This document shows, piece after piece, positions 37,499 through 50,200 of a DNA stretch of 64,000 nucleotides (within the stretch, counting starts at the first letter, position 1; every line of letters begins with the position of its first letter). This stretch comes from Marsupella aquatica (Eukaryota; Plantae; Marchantiophyta), in NCBI GenBank assembly GCA_973895155.1, contig OZ316898.1, positions 17,474,752 through 17,538,751 on the forward strand. Direction: 5' to 3'. The position numbers and the translations under genes were made by a program. The notes under the pieces were generated by a model. It had not been told where the DNA came from, made no database searches, and saw only the letters and a list, made by a program, of their open reading frames with translations.

Positions 37499-40400
37499 TG
37501 TTTTCCTTTGGCAGATCAAATTTGAGATCTACACTGCTTGATCAATCCCATGAGCGATACAAGTATCGCGCTTTGCTTTCTTCTAAATACGGCATCCAAG
37601 TTGCTTTCTATTGGGTCCAAGAACCTTGAGCAGGGGCGTCTGTTGGGAGCTGCTATCGATTCTCATGCGGTTCTAATCCAACAAGGGTCAAGGCTATCGT
37701 TGTCCATCTGCACAATGACATGTAGTGCCGGTGAGTCAAATCTGAAGCTCAGGAAGCTCAAAAAATGAAGAAAGGCCGACGATACTGGCGATCAATGTAA
37801 ACTATCAGTTTGATCACTTAATCTGCTTCTCAAAACTCAAAATCGCAGAAGAATCGCAAATGCCCGCAGCGAGGCAAAAGAGCAACTTACAAAACAATTG
37901 GAACAAAAGGAAAGATAGATTGACAGACATGACAAGCTGCAACTCCTTCTCTGCCGGTGGTGACTATGATCAACTCACTGTCCTCTCCTTCGTCGCCCTT
38001 TGGCTGCATCAATTTGAGCGAGTACTATGTCATGATTGTTATTGTGGGAATGGCCAAATTGACAGTGATGAATTCTAAGTCCTTCAGACTTGCAAGTCTT
38101 CCTCCGCTCTTTGGGAATGTTGCCATTGAGCAGAGAGAGAAGAACAAGAGAACAAGCTTTGCTTTCTTAACAAGCCAACACCTTACAAACCCCCAAGAGG
38201 ATCCATGAATCCACGATCGGGCTACAGATACAAGATTGCAGGCTCTAATGGAGTCTCTGTTTCTGATGTTTTAACTGGGATTACTGAATTCAGCTTAATT
38301 CTGAGAACAACATGACTCAATCCCAAGAGAGATACAAGCACCGCAATTTGCTTTCGGATTGGGCCAACACTTTCCAATCCATCCGCCGATTCCTCTTTAG
38401 ATGACAAAACACAAAGACTCCTACTCGAAGCAATACGACTATCTCATATGTCTTTCACAAGCCACACGGAATGCCTCAAAAACTATTTGTGCAAAACCAA
38501 CTAAGGGAAATGACTCAAGAAGCAGACCAAATCCTTTTCACAGTACAAACCATGGTTCGCACTGTCTTCATTTGCGCCGCCTCTAGAACTTGTTCTGGTG
38601 CTACCTACAGGGTAAAACTATTTCTTTTTGAATCAGCCAGGCCACACCACCTCCTCAGTCTCCTATCTAGCCAAACAATGCTCCTTTCCAAAATCTCTCA
38701 CACGAGCTCTCACAAAGACAAGAAAAAATGGGAAACATTGTATGGGAGAGGATATAGACACGAGGCCGTCACTCTTTGGGCACTCAAAAGATTGTCGAGC
38801 CCAACTTTTGTTGGGCACATTTTTGCTTGTAAGCGGACGGAACAGAGTATTTGTGTTTGTTTAGGTGGGGTTTTGTCAGGTCCACCTTAGAGGTCACGAG
38901 TGACCCCGTCCAATGATCTTTGCAGCGCAGTCCGTCCTAAATCTACACTACTCAATCCAAAGAGTGATACAAGTATCGCTATTGGCTTTCGGATCCGACC
39001 AACAACTACCCAAGAGAAAATAAGGGCCCCAACATAATATGAAGAACTGCGAGATGAGCAGCAGACGGCTTTACAATCTTCAAGAGACAGAATCTAAACC
39101 ATGATTGAAGTATTTTCACTCTTGCACCATGAGACTAATTGAGTTGGCTCAATGCACCAAGCGATACCTGTATTGCTGAGGGTTTGAAACTTAGGTTTGA
39201 ATGCAACTTACGATACAAGTATCGCAAGTTGCTTTCTACAAAGCTGATTACGATACGAGTATCACAGTTTGCTTTGGAAAGTGGAAAGCTTACTCTTAAG
39301 ACCAGAATGCGCATCTGTATGGAGAGGAGGTTTTCTTTGGGTTGGGTGAGAGCTTGATTGTGAAAGAGGACTTGAAAAAATGAAACTTCTTTCCATGAGC
39401 GGGCAGTCATATTTATACTTTTGGAGGTAGCTATGGTTAATTTCTAGCTTAACCCTAGTTAAACCTAACCATAGTTAGAGCCTACTGCGCGGTTATGCAC
39501 AGTTTCACCATTTCTGTAATTTCTGATAACCAAAGAATTTACAAATGCAAAGGTCGATACCCGTATCGGTGTTTGCATTCCTCCTAAGCATGGATGACTA
39601 TTTTTCTGGAATGCACAATTTGTATCGGGTTTTACATGCCTTAGAAAAAAAATTGATCATGAAAAACGAGAAGGGTGGTCACCCTTCTCGATAGGTCCGA
39701 CATCATGTTACAGGCCCGATAAAGCAAAGAATCCAATTACCCGGAACCCGCGGAGGAGCGATTGAAACTCCCAGTCATCTCCGGCACACCCATGAAAAGG
39801 CGCCAAGGGGAAGCAATCCCCTCCATCCGTGTACCAATACACACACCTCCAAATGGTTGAGAACCTCCGCATTGGAATACTGATCCCAATGTAACAAAGG
39901 AGGAGAAGGTGCTCGGCAAACAAATAATCTATTCCAGGGTTTCTACGTTCACCACCGAGTTGTAGAGAGCCCCACAAATAGATTGCTGAAACCATGTGCT
40001 CCATAGAATGAGGAGAGCCAAATCCGCCAGGCTGCAAAGAGTTGAAAGCATTGGGAGCAGGGGGACAGACATTGCCCAAGGTGGGTAGATAATTGTTGAA
40101 GGGAATTGACGGAGGGGACGATTCCCCAAAGAGAGAATGAGCCACCGGTGGTCCAGGTGCGGGAGTTCAGAGCAGGACTGGGTGACCGAGAGAAAATGAT
40201 CCCCACCGGCCGGGGAGGGCAGAAACCAACAACCATTGAGAACAGATATACTCCAGCCAGATAGCCGAATGATGCAGCATTAAGGGGAGAGGAATGGGTA
40301 TCATTCCCAGTCAAGATCCGTACCAGAAGGCCAGACATATCTACTGGATAGGAAAACTCAGCCAACCGATTGTATATCCATTCCAACCCTATCATATGCA

Positions 40401-40900
40401 ACTCAATTACCTATGAGTACTACCTAAAAAGTTCTAACACTATGCCCAGATTTACCGGGATGCGAGAAGAAGTAAGAGCTCACAAATATAACTATCCGAG
40501 AGGCGGATAACCCTGAGGCAGCCAATACCCGGAAAAGCCGAAGGGGAGCAGAGGAACCGTGTTAGGCCATAGTATGTTGCTAGGAGGGAGAAGACAAATG
40601 TTATCAGCCGATCGAAAGGTATCTGGACACAAAGAAGAAACCGTGGTAGAAAGTGCCCACAAAGAGGGACTAAACAAATGGTATTTACAATAGAAACAAA
40701 AATTAGTCAAAATAAAAGTGACGCATATGTTAGGTCTCCCTGGAACGGCACAGAAATTGACATGGAGGAACGGCCAAGCCGGAGCAAGGGAGACTGGGGG
40801 GAAGGGAAAAAGAGAAATATAGGGACCAGTCAGCAGGATACAAAAGAGAGAGGAGCATGGGGATGAGTGGGTACTAATAGGAGAGAATTTCCAACTGAGG

Positions 40901-43900
40901 TCAACTGCTAGACCGGTGCGACAGGGTCCTAGAAACACATTTCTGAGCATAGTAGAGTCTTTTTTTCTTCTTCTCAGATTCCGCACATAGAGCAACTGAG
41001 TGGAGGTGTTGAACAAAGGAAGATGCAACGACAAAGGGGGAGAATCTGACAACAGATTGATTGCGGAACAGACGAGAGTTTCTATTCCTCCAGATAAGCC
41101 AGAGGATCTCATATATAACAAATAGACGTGCCGAGTGCTGAGGATTCCGGCCCAAAGCATTATCGATTGTATTAATGAGGGATCAGCCTCCCAGAATATG
41201 TGATAAGGCAGGCAACCGCTCAAAGAACCAGGCGGATCTGTTCCAAGCCGAGACCGCATGAACGCAAGCAAAGAAGATATGCGGGTTATCTTCAATTAAT
41301 GTCGGACAGAATGGGCAACATCCGTCATCGTGCCCACATTGAGATGCCCGTTTTCCGGAGAATAGACCCGCAATCAGAACGTACCCTCCAGATGAAAATC
41401 TTCCCACGGTAGGAAAGGTCAGATCTCCAAATATGCCTCCACCTTTGCTGCCATATTACCAATGAGTCTGCGGAGCCCCAGCGGGTGTTGAGAGAGCTGA
41501 CATCGCACCCAGACTTGTCCAACAACTTGTAGGCCAGGGAACTGCATAAGAGACGAGGTTGTAAGTGGTCGATACGTCCAATCCAGTACCATTGAGTCTG
41601 CTCAAAATCCTTGGATGAAGTGGGAGGCGGACCATTGTGCAAAAACAATAACACGTTATGCAGGGCTGCTTTCTCTGGAACAGATAAGCCATGAATCCAA
41701 GCCAGTGGAGCAGCCACGTCCCTCCATGTGCCTGCATGAGTATCCCAAAGATCTGCAACCACACGAATGTTAATACGTGAGCAGGCAACAAGAATATGTG
41801 GGATAGCAGATCTTGGGATCATGCCAAGGGATGAATAGCACTTTGGAAGCAGGTGTCCAATACTCCACCTAGCCGGAGTGGCGTTATTATCCGAATGCCA
41901 GTGGAGGAAGACCCTGAGCCTGGCCCATGCCTTCCATAGGCCCGCAATGTAGTTCATACCGCGGAAACTAACTGGATTGGAAAATAGGAAACGATCCATA
42001 GTGGTATAGTCCAGTTGATGAAGTCGAACTGATTTATTCCAAGAAGCAAGGTGAAGGTTAGCAAAGAACAGAATTGCCCAATCGAAGGTTGGGTCAGAGA
42101 GCATACGGACCGACCAGCGGGCCAACAGAGCGGTGGCCTGGAGCAAGATGTCTTTAAACCCGAGACCTCCGTTCTTCTTACGGCCGCACATCCTATCCCA
42201 AGAGACCAGGGGGACCTTACGACCTCCCTCCTTATTGAACCCCCAAAGGAAGTCTTTGCATATCTTCTTAATGTCATCTGCTAGGGCAGCAGAGCATGAG
42301 GAATACATCATATGATACACCGACATAGATAGAAGCACTTGCTTGACCAGAAGCACACGGCCAGTGAAAGAGAAATTTTTATTTGACCATGAGGCTAGGC
42401 GTTTATTTAGTTTTTGCAAACGAAATTCTCTAAATTGCAGCCCTGTCAAATATTGTCCAAAAGGAGCACCAAGGTAGGAGGAGAGTTGGCCCAGAGGGAC
42501 GACAACACAATTAGACGTCACCAACCAGTTTGGCAGATCCGAGAGGCAGAAGGGGATGACCTCCGTTTTCTTAATATTTAAGCGAGCACCGGCAGCTAAC
42601 TCGTATAGGTCCATGTGCTCTCGAACCTCTAAGAAACATGATTCCTGAGCTGGTATGAATATGCCGAGATCATCCGCAAAGAAACGATGGAGAATAGACA
42701 GTAAGCTTGTCGTTCACCTTTATGCCACGCAACCTCCTCGACAATAGTGCTGCGTCAAAGACATCCATGATTGGCTGAGTAGAAAGTGCGTATATGAGAG
42801 GCGCTAATGGACATCCTTGACGAACTCCCCTAAGTAATTAAAGGAATGGGTTGGAAGAATTGGCCATTAACGTGTACTTTCGCAGAGGCCAAGGACATTA
42901 AGCCCATAATATTACGAGTTAGCTGAGAACTCAGACAACCCTGCAGTGATTAGAGTTTCCTTTATGTAACGGTGGTCAACTCTATCGGATGCTTTTGAAA
43001 AGTCCATTTTTAAAAAGAGAGCTGGCATATTATTGGTGGAGAGCCAGTCACTCGCCAACCAGGCCAAGGAAATATTGTCGAGGATCTGCCTGCCCGGGAC
43101 AAAACCTACTTGCTGGGCTTTAACCATCTTAGGGAGTACCTTACTGAGCCGGGTCGCAATCAGCTAGGCGACTATTTTATATGCTATGTTGAGGAGGGTA
43201 ATCGGGCGCCAGTCAGTAAGTCTGGATTTATCAGAGGACTTGGGGACCAGCTTGATCACTCCGTCCAAAAAGCCAGGAAGCATAATTTCGTCGGACCAAA
43301 AGGAAACCAACATAGCATGGAAAGCAGGAGCAATGAATACCCAACATTTTAAGAAGACTTCTATCATCAGGCCATCTATGCCCGGAGCTTTGTTCTTTTG
43401 GATCCGGTTAGCAGCCCTATGTAGTTCCTCAACAGACGGAACCAAATCTAATGAATTGGACTCCTCAACTGATATTCGGGAGATAGAGAATCTCAGAATC
43501 TTTTTCCTGGCGTCCGAGTGCAAAACAATTTCAGGTGCATCCGGGGAGTATAGGGATCGGTAGAAATTACCGACTTCAACGAGTATCTGGTCTCTATCAC
43601 TGGTGGTCCCGCTGGTGGTGGATCCGTCATCAAAACGTAGGTTAGTAATTGATGCTCGCTGTTGCTGATTTCGGACAATATTGAAGAAGAATTTTGATGA
43701 TGCATCCCCTATGCCCAACCAACGAATCCTTGATTTCTGCCTGAGTTCAATCGCCTCCCGAAATTCCAAGTCACGGAGGGTTATTTCTGCATCGCGCAAA
43801 TCACTTAATGTGTTCCCCGAATTGTCAATGTCAGCAAAGGATCTCAGATGTAGCACTTTATTCCGTAGCATTTCTGTATTAATTTATTTCTCTTTCTAAT

Positions 43901-44840
43901 TTCCTTGATTGTATAATCTTGTATTGCCTACGAAACCGTCTGCATGCGAGATAGAAAACTAGCTTAGGATTGGTAGAACCAGATGAGTCGTTAGTCCATG
44001 CCAATTCCAAGAGGGCCAAGTTAGATTGTTCTTTTAAGAACCACGGATTTGCTTTGAAGTAGGACGTCCTGTTGAACGAATTGAGGGCGCCTATTGGCGG
44101 GGCAATGATGCAAGAGACAGAGTTGGGACAGTGGTCAGAGAGAGGCCTGTCATGGTGGTGGGACATTGATATGATCTGATGTATCCAGGATCCACTATTG
44201 CTTAGATAAATCCTATCTAGTCTAGACTGGTGGATTCCGTTCAGTGTGTCACGATGCTAGGTAAAACGAGATCCTGGTACTGAGGGGACCAACATAAAGA
44301 CATCCTGCAGATCCAGCCAACACTTAAGCGCTGACCAAGCCACTAGTTCCGATCCCGATCCCGAGAGTAAAGATGAGTGGCCACCAACCGAGTCTAGAAG
44401 GTATTTAGTCATGTTGAAGTCACCAGCCATGATCCAGTTGCCTCCTGGCAAGGAGATCAGCAGGTCCTCCCAAAGATGAGAACGAATGGAGGAGTCATTA
44501 GAAGCATACAGGCCTACTATACCAAATGAGCCAAGATCACACTCAACAATGGCCCAGATTGCGCTATTTATTGGAGAGATGCCAGATCTTTTTATCTGTA
44601 AAGAAGGGTGAAGAAGCAGAGCAACTCCTCCCCTACCTAGAGTGGGTTGAGCAATGATCATCCTGAAGCCGGGGAGAATAAAGGAGAGAGCCGTTATTAG
44701 TCAAAAGTCTGAGGCCTTAACATCGAGAATGGAGAGGATGTGGAGGGAGTGACTCATATCGTGTACCCATTTGCGAACTATATATTTCCTATTTGGGTCA
44801 CAAAGACCTGAAACATTCCATGCAGCTATATTAATTCTGT
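40901..44840 (-). pseudogene. L1 ORF2 (APE endonuclease, RT, zf-RVT), fragmented
   Basis: WNVSGL, GDFN, SRLDR, SDH; KAPGIDG, WRPITLLN, QVGFVPGRQILDNI, RQGCPLAP, FADD; CPFC..HIFFAC. Confidence 0.9.
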
Positions 44841-45041
44841 TGTCCATTGCGGGAAAATTCACTACTAATATGTCGGGGAATGAGGGTGTCCTTATTGATC
44901 ATCATGCTGCTTAGAGGATGCTCCCGAGAAAGTGTCATATTCTGAGCTGGAGGAGTTGCTATCTCTCCCCGTGCCGTCCTCCATTGATGTGGACTCATCA
45001 TGAGAGGAGTAACCACTTGATGGGTCACCCAGGACCTGGTT

Positions 45042-46317
45042 CTACAATAGAGTGGTGTATGCTTTACCTGACATTTTCTTCATCGTGGAGGAGAAGAGAG
45101 AACCCAGCTTCTGCTTACTCTTGATAATGCGGTTGTCTGCTGTTCGTGCCAGAATTGTACTGCTCCTCCTGCTCACATCAGCTGTTGGCGGGTGGTTAGT
45201 CATTAACTTGCTAACTACCTGGGCACATGAACTATTGATGGTCGGCAGGGGAATGAATGTAGGCGCTCCTGTATATTGCATTGTGGGAACAACTGCTATT
45301 TCCCCGACATCCCTCTCAGCAGAGTCCACCGGAGGAGCGATTGGTGAGTGCCTTTCATGATGATCCACCCTCTGTATCGTCATGCATTGTGAACCCGGTA
45401 CCCATGGTTCCACGGATGGGTTCAACGTTCTAGTGCTTGGGTCTGTGCTATATGTGTGGAACCAATCCTCTACTCCGCTTTGTACCCTTGGCTGATACGG
45501 ATTAATATTGAACCCTGCTGGTAAAATAACAATGGGTGACTGATTTGTGAGAACTTGACGATTACCATAGATCAGGTTGTAAGGGATCTTAATAGCAAAT
45601 GAGCATAATCCCCCAGGAGGCAAAGGGAGTAGACCCTCGGATTGTGTATTAGTGGTAATAGGACTAGCTTGGGGAGTATTATCTGTAGGGCTTACTCCAA
45701 GAGGAGTACTATTATGTACTGCCAAGCTGATTCGGAGTGACTCAGAGTCCGTGTGGACTACATTCTGCTGTTGTATCATCCTATGCACAAAGGGCTCAGA
45801 CTTTTTTGAACAATTGGGGCCCACATGACCGAGTTCTTTACAGTTGTAGCAAACGTATGGCACGTGTGTGTATCCTACCCGCTGATGTATGGAGATTACT
45901 TCTTGATGCGTCTCGTCTCTCAGACTGATAACTAGTATCTCTGGGAGTGGCTTGTTCATGTCCCACAGTATGCATGCTCTATCATTAAGAGAGGACGAGT
46001 CGCTATAAGCTGGGATGAATTTCAGTATTTCACCCATACTCTCGAAGACCTGCTTCCCGCTCCTTTCTAAGGCGAGTTGTCGGTACTTGAGCTCAGTCCA
46101 TACCGGCATTCTACCCAAGTATGGTGTGTGAAGGGTAAACGCGGGGTCCCAAGGAGCGCAATATACGTACCTATTACCTAGGTACCATGGAGAGCTGCCT
46201 AGTGCCGACAGTTTGTGCACCTCCGAATGAAAAGTAACTAGGAAGAAGTTCTTACCTATGAACTTCACATTCTTCATACTCCACTTCCTTTTGAAGTTGA
46301 ATTCCTCCTCCACCCAT
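45042..46317 (-). pseudogene. L1 ORF1 (DUF4283-like plus zinc knuckle), 3' part; the 5' part lies at about 51992-52411
   Basis: GKNFFLVTF..SPWYLG..WDPAF..PVW and CYNCKELGHVGPNC. The frame rejoins across the Copia TSD (..HHQFQEW|VEEEF). Confidence 0.8.
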
Positions 46318-46631
46318 TGAAGAAACTGACGAGCGCAGCTTCCCATAATTTACACAGCAAGAATGCAGAATGAACAGTGAATTGGTCCTTAAGAGAGTGG
46401 TTGGCGAGAGAATGCGCCGCACCAGATCAGTGAATACTAATCGGACCGTAAGTAAGATTAACCCTAAATCTAACGGTAATCACACATATACAGGCCCCCC
46501 CAGATAACACCTAAGCGAAGGGGGAACAGACAAAGGAACAGCAAGTGGCGTATGTACACCGGATGAACGTCGTAAACTTAACACCCCCTCCCGTCCGGTA
46601 ATCCATCAAATGCACAGAGCAAGTGGGGAGA

Positions 46632-47210
46632 ATGGACGTAAGCAGAGTGGGCCTGCAAGTGCTCTGGGTGTTGTTGGGTACGATAAGCTTGGTACTCAAG
46701 GTGCTGGGAGATATGGTCGAGACTCAATTCCAGTATGTACAATGGAAGTTGAATGTGAGTGCGACTGAGGTAGAAGAGCACCAGGGCGAGAGAGAGGACG
46801 AGCCACAGATAGGGGAGCAGGTCAAACAGGTAATGGTGAAAGTCACCCGAGCGCCTGATGTACAGGGTGCACAGCACACGATACAGCCAGTTGTGCCAAC
46901 ATCCCGCTACTTCAGTGACGATACCACAAGGCGAAAGTACTATGCAGTGGTGCGGGGATATGTTCCAGGCTTGTATGATTCCTGGGAGGACTGTGAGCCA
47001 CAAGTAAAGGGGTATAAGGGTCAGGTGTACAAGTCCTTCAAGTCGAGAAGCGAGGCAGAACGATACTTGCAGGAGAAGTTGCAGCGAGCAGGGGACCACG
47101 CAGTCCATGGGCACCGATTTCGAAGCATGGGGCAAGGCAATTTTGGTGGTCAGCTATATAGATGTGAATACTGCTTAGAGGTATATCACGATGCTACGCA
47201 TCCTGAGTAG
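46632..47210 (+). CDS. Antisense accessory ORF in the Copia: TM segment + RNase H1 N-terminal hybrid-binding (Cauli_VI-like) domain + CxxC..H
   Basis: Hydrophobic VGLQVLWVLLGTISLVLKVLG; KYYAVVRGYVPGLYDSWEDCEPQVKGYKGQVYKSFKSRSEAERYL matches the RNase H1 HBD consensus; ends YRCEYCLEVYH. Confidence 0.75.
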   Translation: MDVSRVGLQVLWVLLGTISLVLKVLGDMVETQFQYVQWKLNVSATEVEEHQGEREDEPQIGEQVKQVMVKVTRAPDVQGAQHTIQPVVPTSRYFSDDTTRRKYYAVVRGYVPGLYDSWEDCEPQVKGYKGQVYKSFKSRSEAERYLQEKLQRAGDHAVHGHRFRSMGQGNFGGQLYRCEYCLEVYHDATHPE

Positions 47211-50200
47211 CTGCGTTACCCAGGGTAGGTAGAATGTCGCGCAGGGACTTCATGCCAAGGAATTCACGATGTTTCTCAAACTTCCATCTTGGAAGGGATT
47301 TTGTAAGGATATCTGCAGGTTGCTCTGCAGTGGGAATGTACTTAAGCGTCACTTCTCCTTCCAGGACTCTTTCCCTGATGTAATGGTGCTGGAGTTCGAT
47401 GTGCTTGGTCCGAGCATGGAAGATGGGGTTCTTCGCCAAATTAATTGAGCCTTGGTTGTCGCAATGTAGGTTTAGATGAGCATCTTGCAAGGTGGGTTGA
47501 CTGGCCACCGACAGATTTGAAATCACCTCCTGATTTTGGCAATTCAATGCCACCCGAATTTCTGGGATGAAGCTCAACTCTGAGAGCAGACGCCTAAGGA
47601 AGACAGCTTCTCGAGCTCCTTCCGATAGGGCTCTGTACTCAGCTTCAGTTGTACTCTGTGAGACCGTTGCTTGTCGTTTGCTCGCCCAAGTAACACTGCC
47701 CCCAGCAAATTGGAACACATAGGCCCCAATGGATCTTCGAGTGTCTTTGCAAGCAGCATGGTCTGAGTCAGTGTAGCCTGAGAGAGACAAAGTTCCAGTT
47801 CTCTGGAAGAGTAAGCCGAAATCAATGGTGGATTTGATGTATCTGAGAACGTGCCTTGCAGCATCCATGTGTTTTTGTTGTGGAGATGACATAAATCTGC
47901 TGAGAATCCCCACCGCATACGCCAAATCCGGTCTGGTGTTAGTTAAGTAGATCAACTTGCCAACTAACTTGCAGTAGTGAGTGGCATCCACGTCAGGTGA
48001 TAGCGTATCAGCCGATACATCAAATCCTTCGGGTAGAGGAGTCGCTGCTCCTTTGCAGTCTTGCATTTCAAATTCCTCCAGGAAGCTTTGGCAGTAGTCA
48101 CGTTGATGGATGAACATTCCATCGGCCACATCTACAAAATCTATTCCCAAATACCTGGTGACTTTGCCCAGATCCTTCATTTTGTACTGTTGGCTGAGTT
48201 GTGCTTTGACCTCATCAATTTTGGCATCGTCATTGCCAGTGATGAGTAGGTCATCAACGAAAAGAAGCAGAAGAACAATTTTCCCTCCTTCGTTGATGAA
48301 GTACAAATTATGATCAGCAGTGCTCCGGGTCCACCCTTTTGAGCGAAGGAACCGATCAACTTCCTCATACCATGCACGCGGGGACTGCTTTAAGCCATAG
48401 ATGGATCGATTTAGCTGGCACACAAGGTGTTCGGATCCTGGGACCTCAAATCCTGGTGGTTGCACCATGTAGATTAGTTCCTTGAGCTTGCCGTTCAAGA
48501 AAGCCGTGATGACATCCATTTGGCTGATGGACCAGCCAAGAGCTGCAGCGAGTGCAATAACCAGTCTAATGGTTGACCACTTGACAACCGGTGCGAAAGT
48601 GTCCTCAAAATCAACTCCAAAGCGCTGTTCAATACCACGAGCCACCAGGCGAGCTTTCAGTCGAGTGCGAGTGGGGTTTACTTCTGGCTTCACCCTATAC
48701 AGCCACCTAGCAGAGATGGCCCTCTTTCCTGGTGGGAGTGCAGTGAGGACCCATGTCTCATTTTCGATCAGAGAATCAAATTCTTCTTTCATAGCTGCAT
48801 TCCACTGAGGGTCCAAACGGGCTTGCTGGAATGAGATGTTTTCATTCACAGGGTCGGTAGTCTCGACTAGGCAGACATCAGGGTTGTTGGGTCGAAAATC
48901 CAACACGTAATCTTGGCGTAGACGAACTGGGAGTTCCCTTGCACGAGATGACTGCCTGCGAATTGGGAATGGCAATGGTAATGTGCTCGTAGGGGTAGAG
49001 TCAGCTGGTGCGGGCTCAACTTCAAGAGAAGAATCGACTGGCTCAAGTGGCTCTAAGTTGGAGTCAGTACTATTACCAGGATCTACAGGCACAGAGTCGG
49101 GAGATGCAGGTTCAGATGCAGAGTAGGAATTTTGTTCCTGTGTTGCAGAAGAGATATAAATGGACTGAGCCGGTGAAATCAATGGTAATTCTGCAGTGGC
49201 TTGAGATGGTTTGATGTTGAAGTCAAACATCTTTAACTCATTGAACACAACATCACGACTGATGTAGATTTTTCTTTTGATAGGATCATAGCACCTGTAT
49301 GCTTTCGATTTCTCATCATATCCCACCAATGCAGTCCGAATGGACTTTGCTGACAGCTTATGTCTCAGTTCACTAGGAACATGAACGTACGCCAGGCATC
49401 CAATAATTCTTAGACTAGACAGGTCAGGCTTGGCATTGTATAATTGCTGGAAAGGTGTGGAGGAGGTCAAAGAGGAAGTGTCACACCTGTTGAGCACATA
49501 CGTGGCTGATTGAATGAGCTCATCCCATAGGAACGTGGGAGCTCCACTCGCAATGTGGGCGCTGCGTGCTGCTTCGAGCAGTGTTCGGTTTTTCCTTTCT
49601 GCTACTCCATTTTGCTGAGGTGTGCGAGCCGCTGTGAGTTGCCTCTTGATCCCTTGTCTGTCGCAAAATTGGCAGAATTCGTTGGACAAGTATTCACCTC
49701 CTCGATCTGATCGAACACATTGAATTTTGCTGTCGAATTCATTTTCGACCATAGCTTTAAAGTCTTTGAACTTTAAGAAGGCTTCACTTTTGGCTTTCAG
49801 GAAATACACCCATGTGTAGCGAGAGAAATCATCCGTGAATGTAAGCAAATATTTTGCTTTAGAAAGAGATGAAACAATGAAGGGGCCACAGAGATCCGTA
49901 TGAACCAATTGCAGTGGTTTGGTTGACCTGTTGGCAGATTTCTTGGGTATGCGCTCTCGATGTTGTTTCCCCATGATGCATGTATCACAGACATGATCCT
50001 CCAATGGCAGCTTGGGCAGACCTTCAACCAACTCGTTTGAAGACATGTTGTAAACTCTGCGGAAGTTCACGTGACTGAGCCTTCGGTGCCATAGCTCAAG
50101 AGGTGACACATCGCTTTGTGTCTCACTGTCAGCATTGCTCGTAGGTGTGTTGGATGGAGGACTGCTGGCATGCTCGTCCGTGTTGTCTACTAATGAAATG

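Larger units (their letters stand above)
29667..39709 (+). mobile_element. Sola-like DNA transposon, copy A (10,043 bp), carrying a ParB-DNA methyltransferase gene
   Basis: Left TIR AACATGATTTCGGACCAATTGAGAAG (29667-29692) versus the reverse complement of the right end AACATGATGTCGGACCTATCGAGAAG (39684-39709): 23/26 match. 4-bp TSD ACAG at 29663-29666 and 39710-39713. Contains a DDD transposase. Confidence 0.9.

Noticed and set aside
37830-38126. Possible RING-like cargo ORF in copy A on the minus strand (CHVC...LPRCGH..C)
   Set aside because: Two in-frame stops and an incomplete ligand pattern; cannot be supported without a family consensus.
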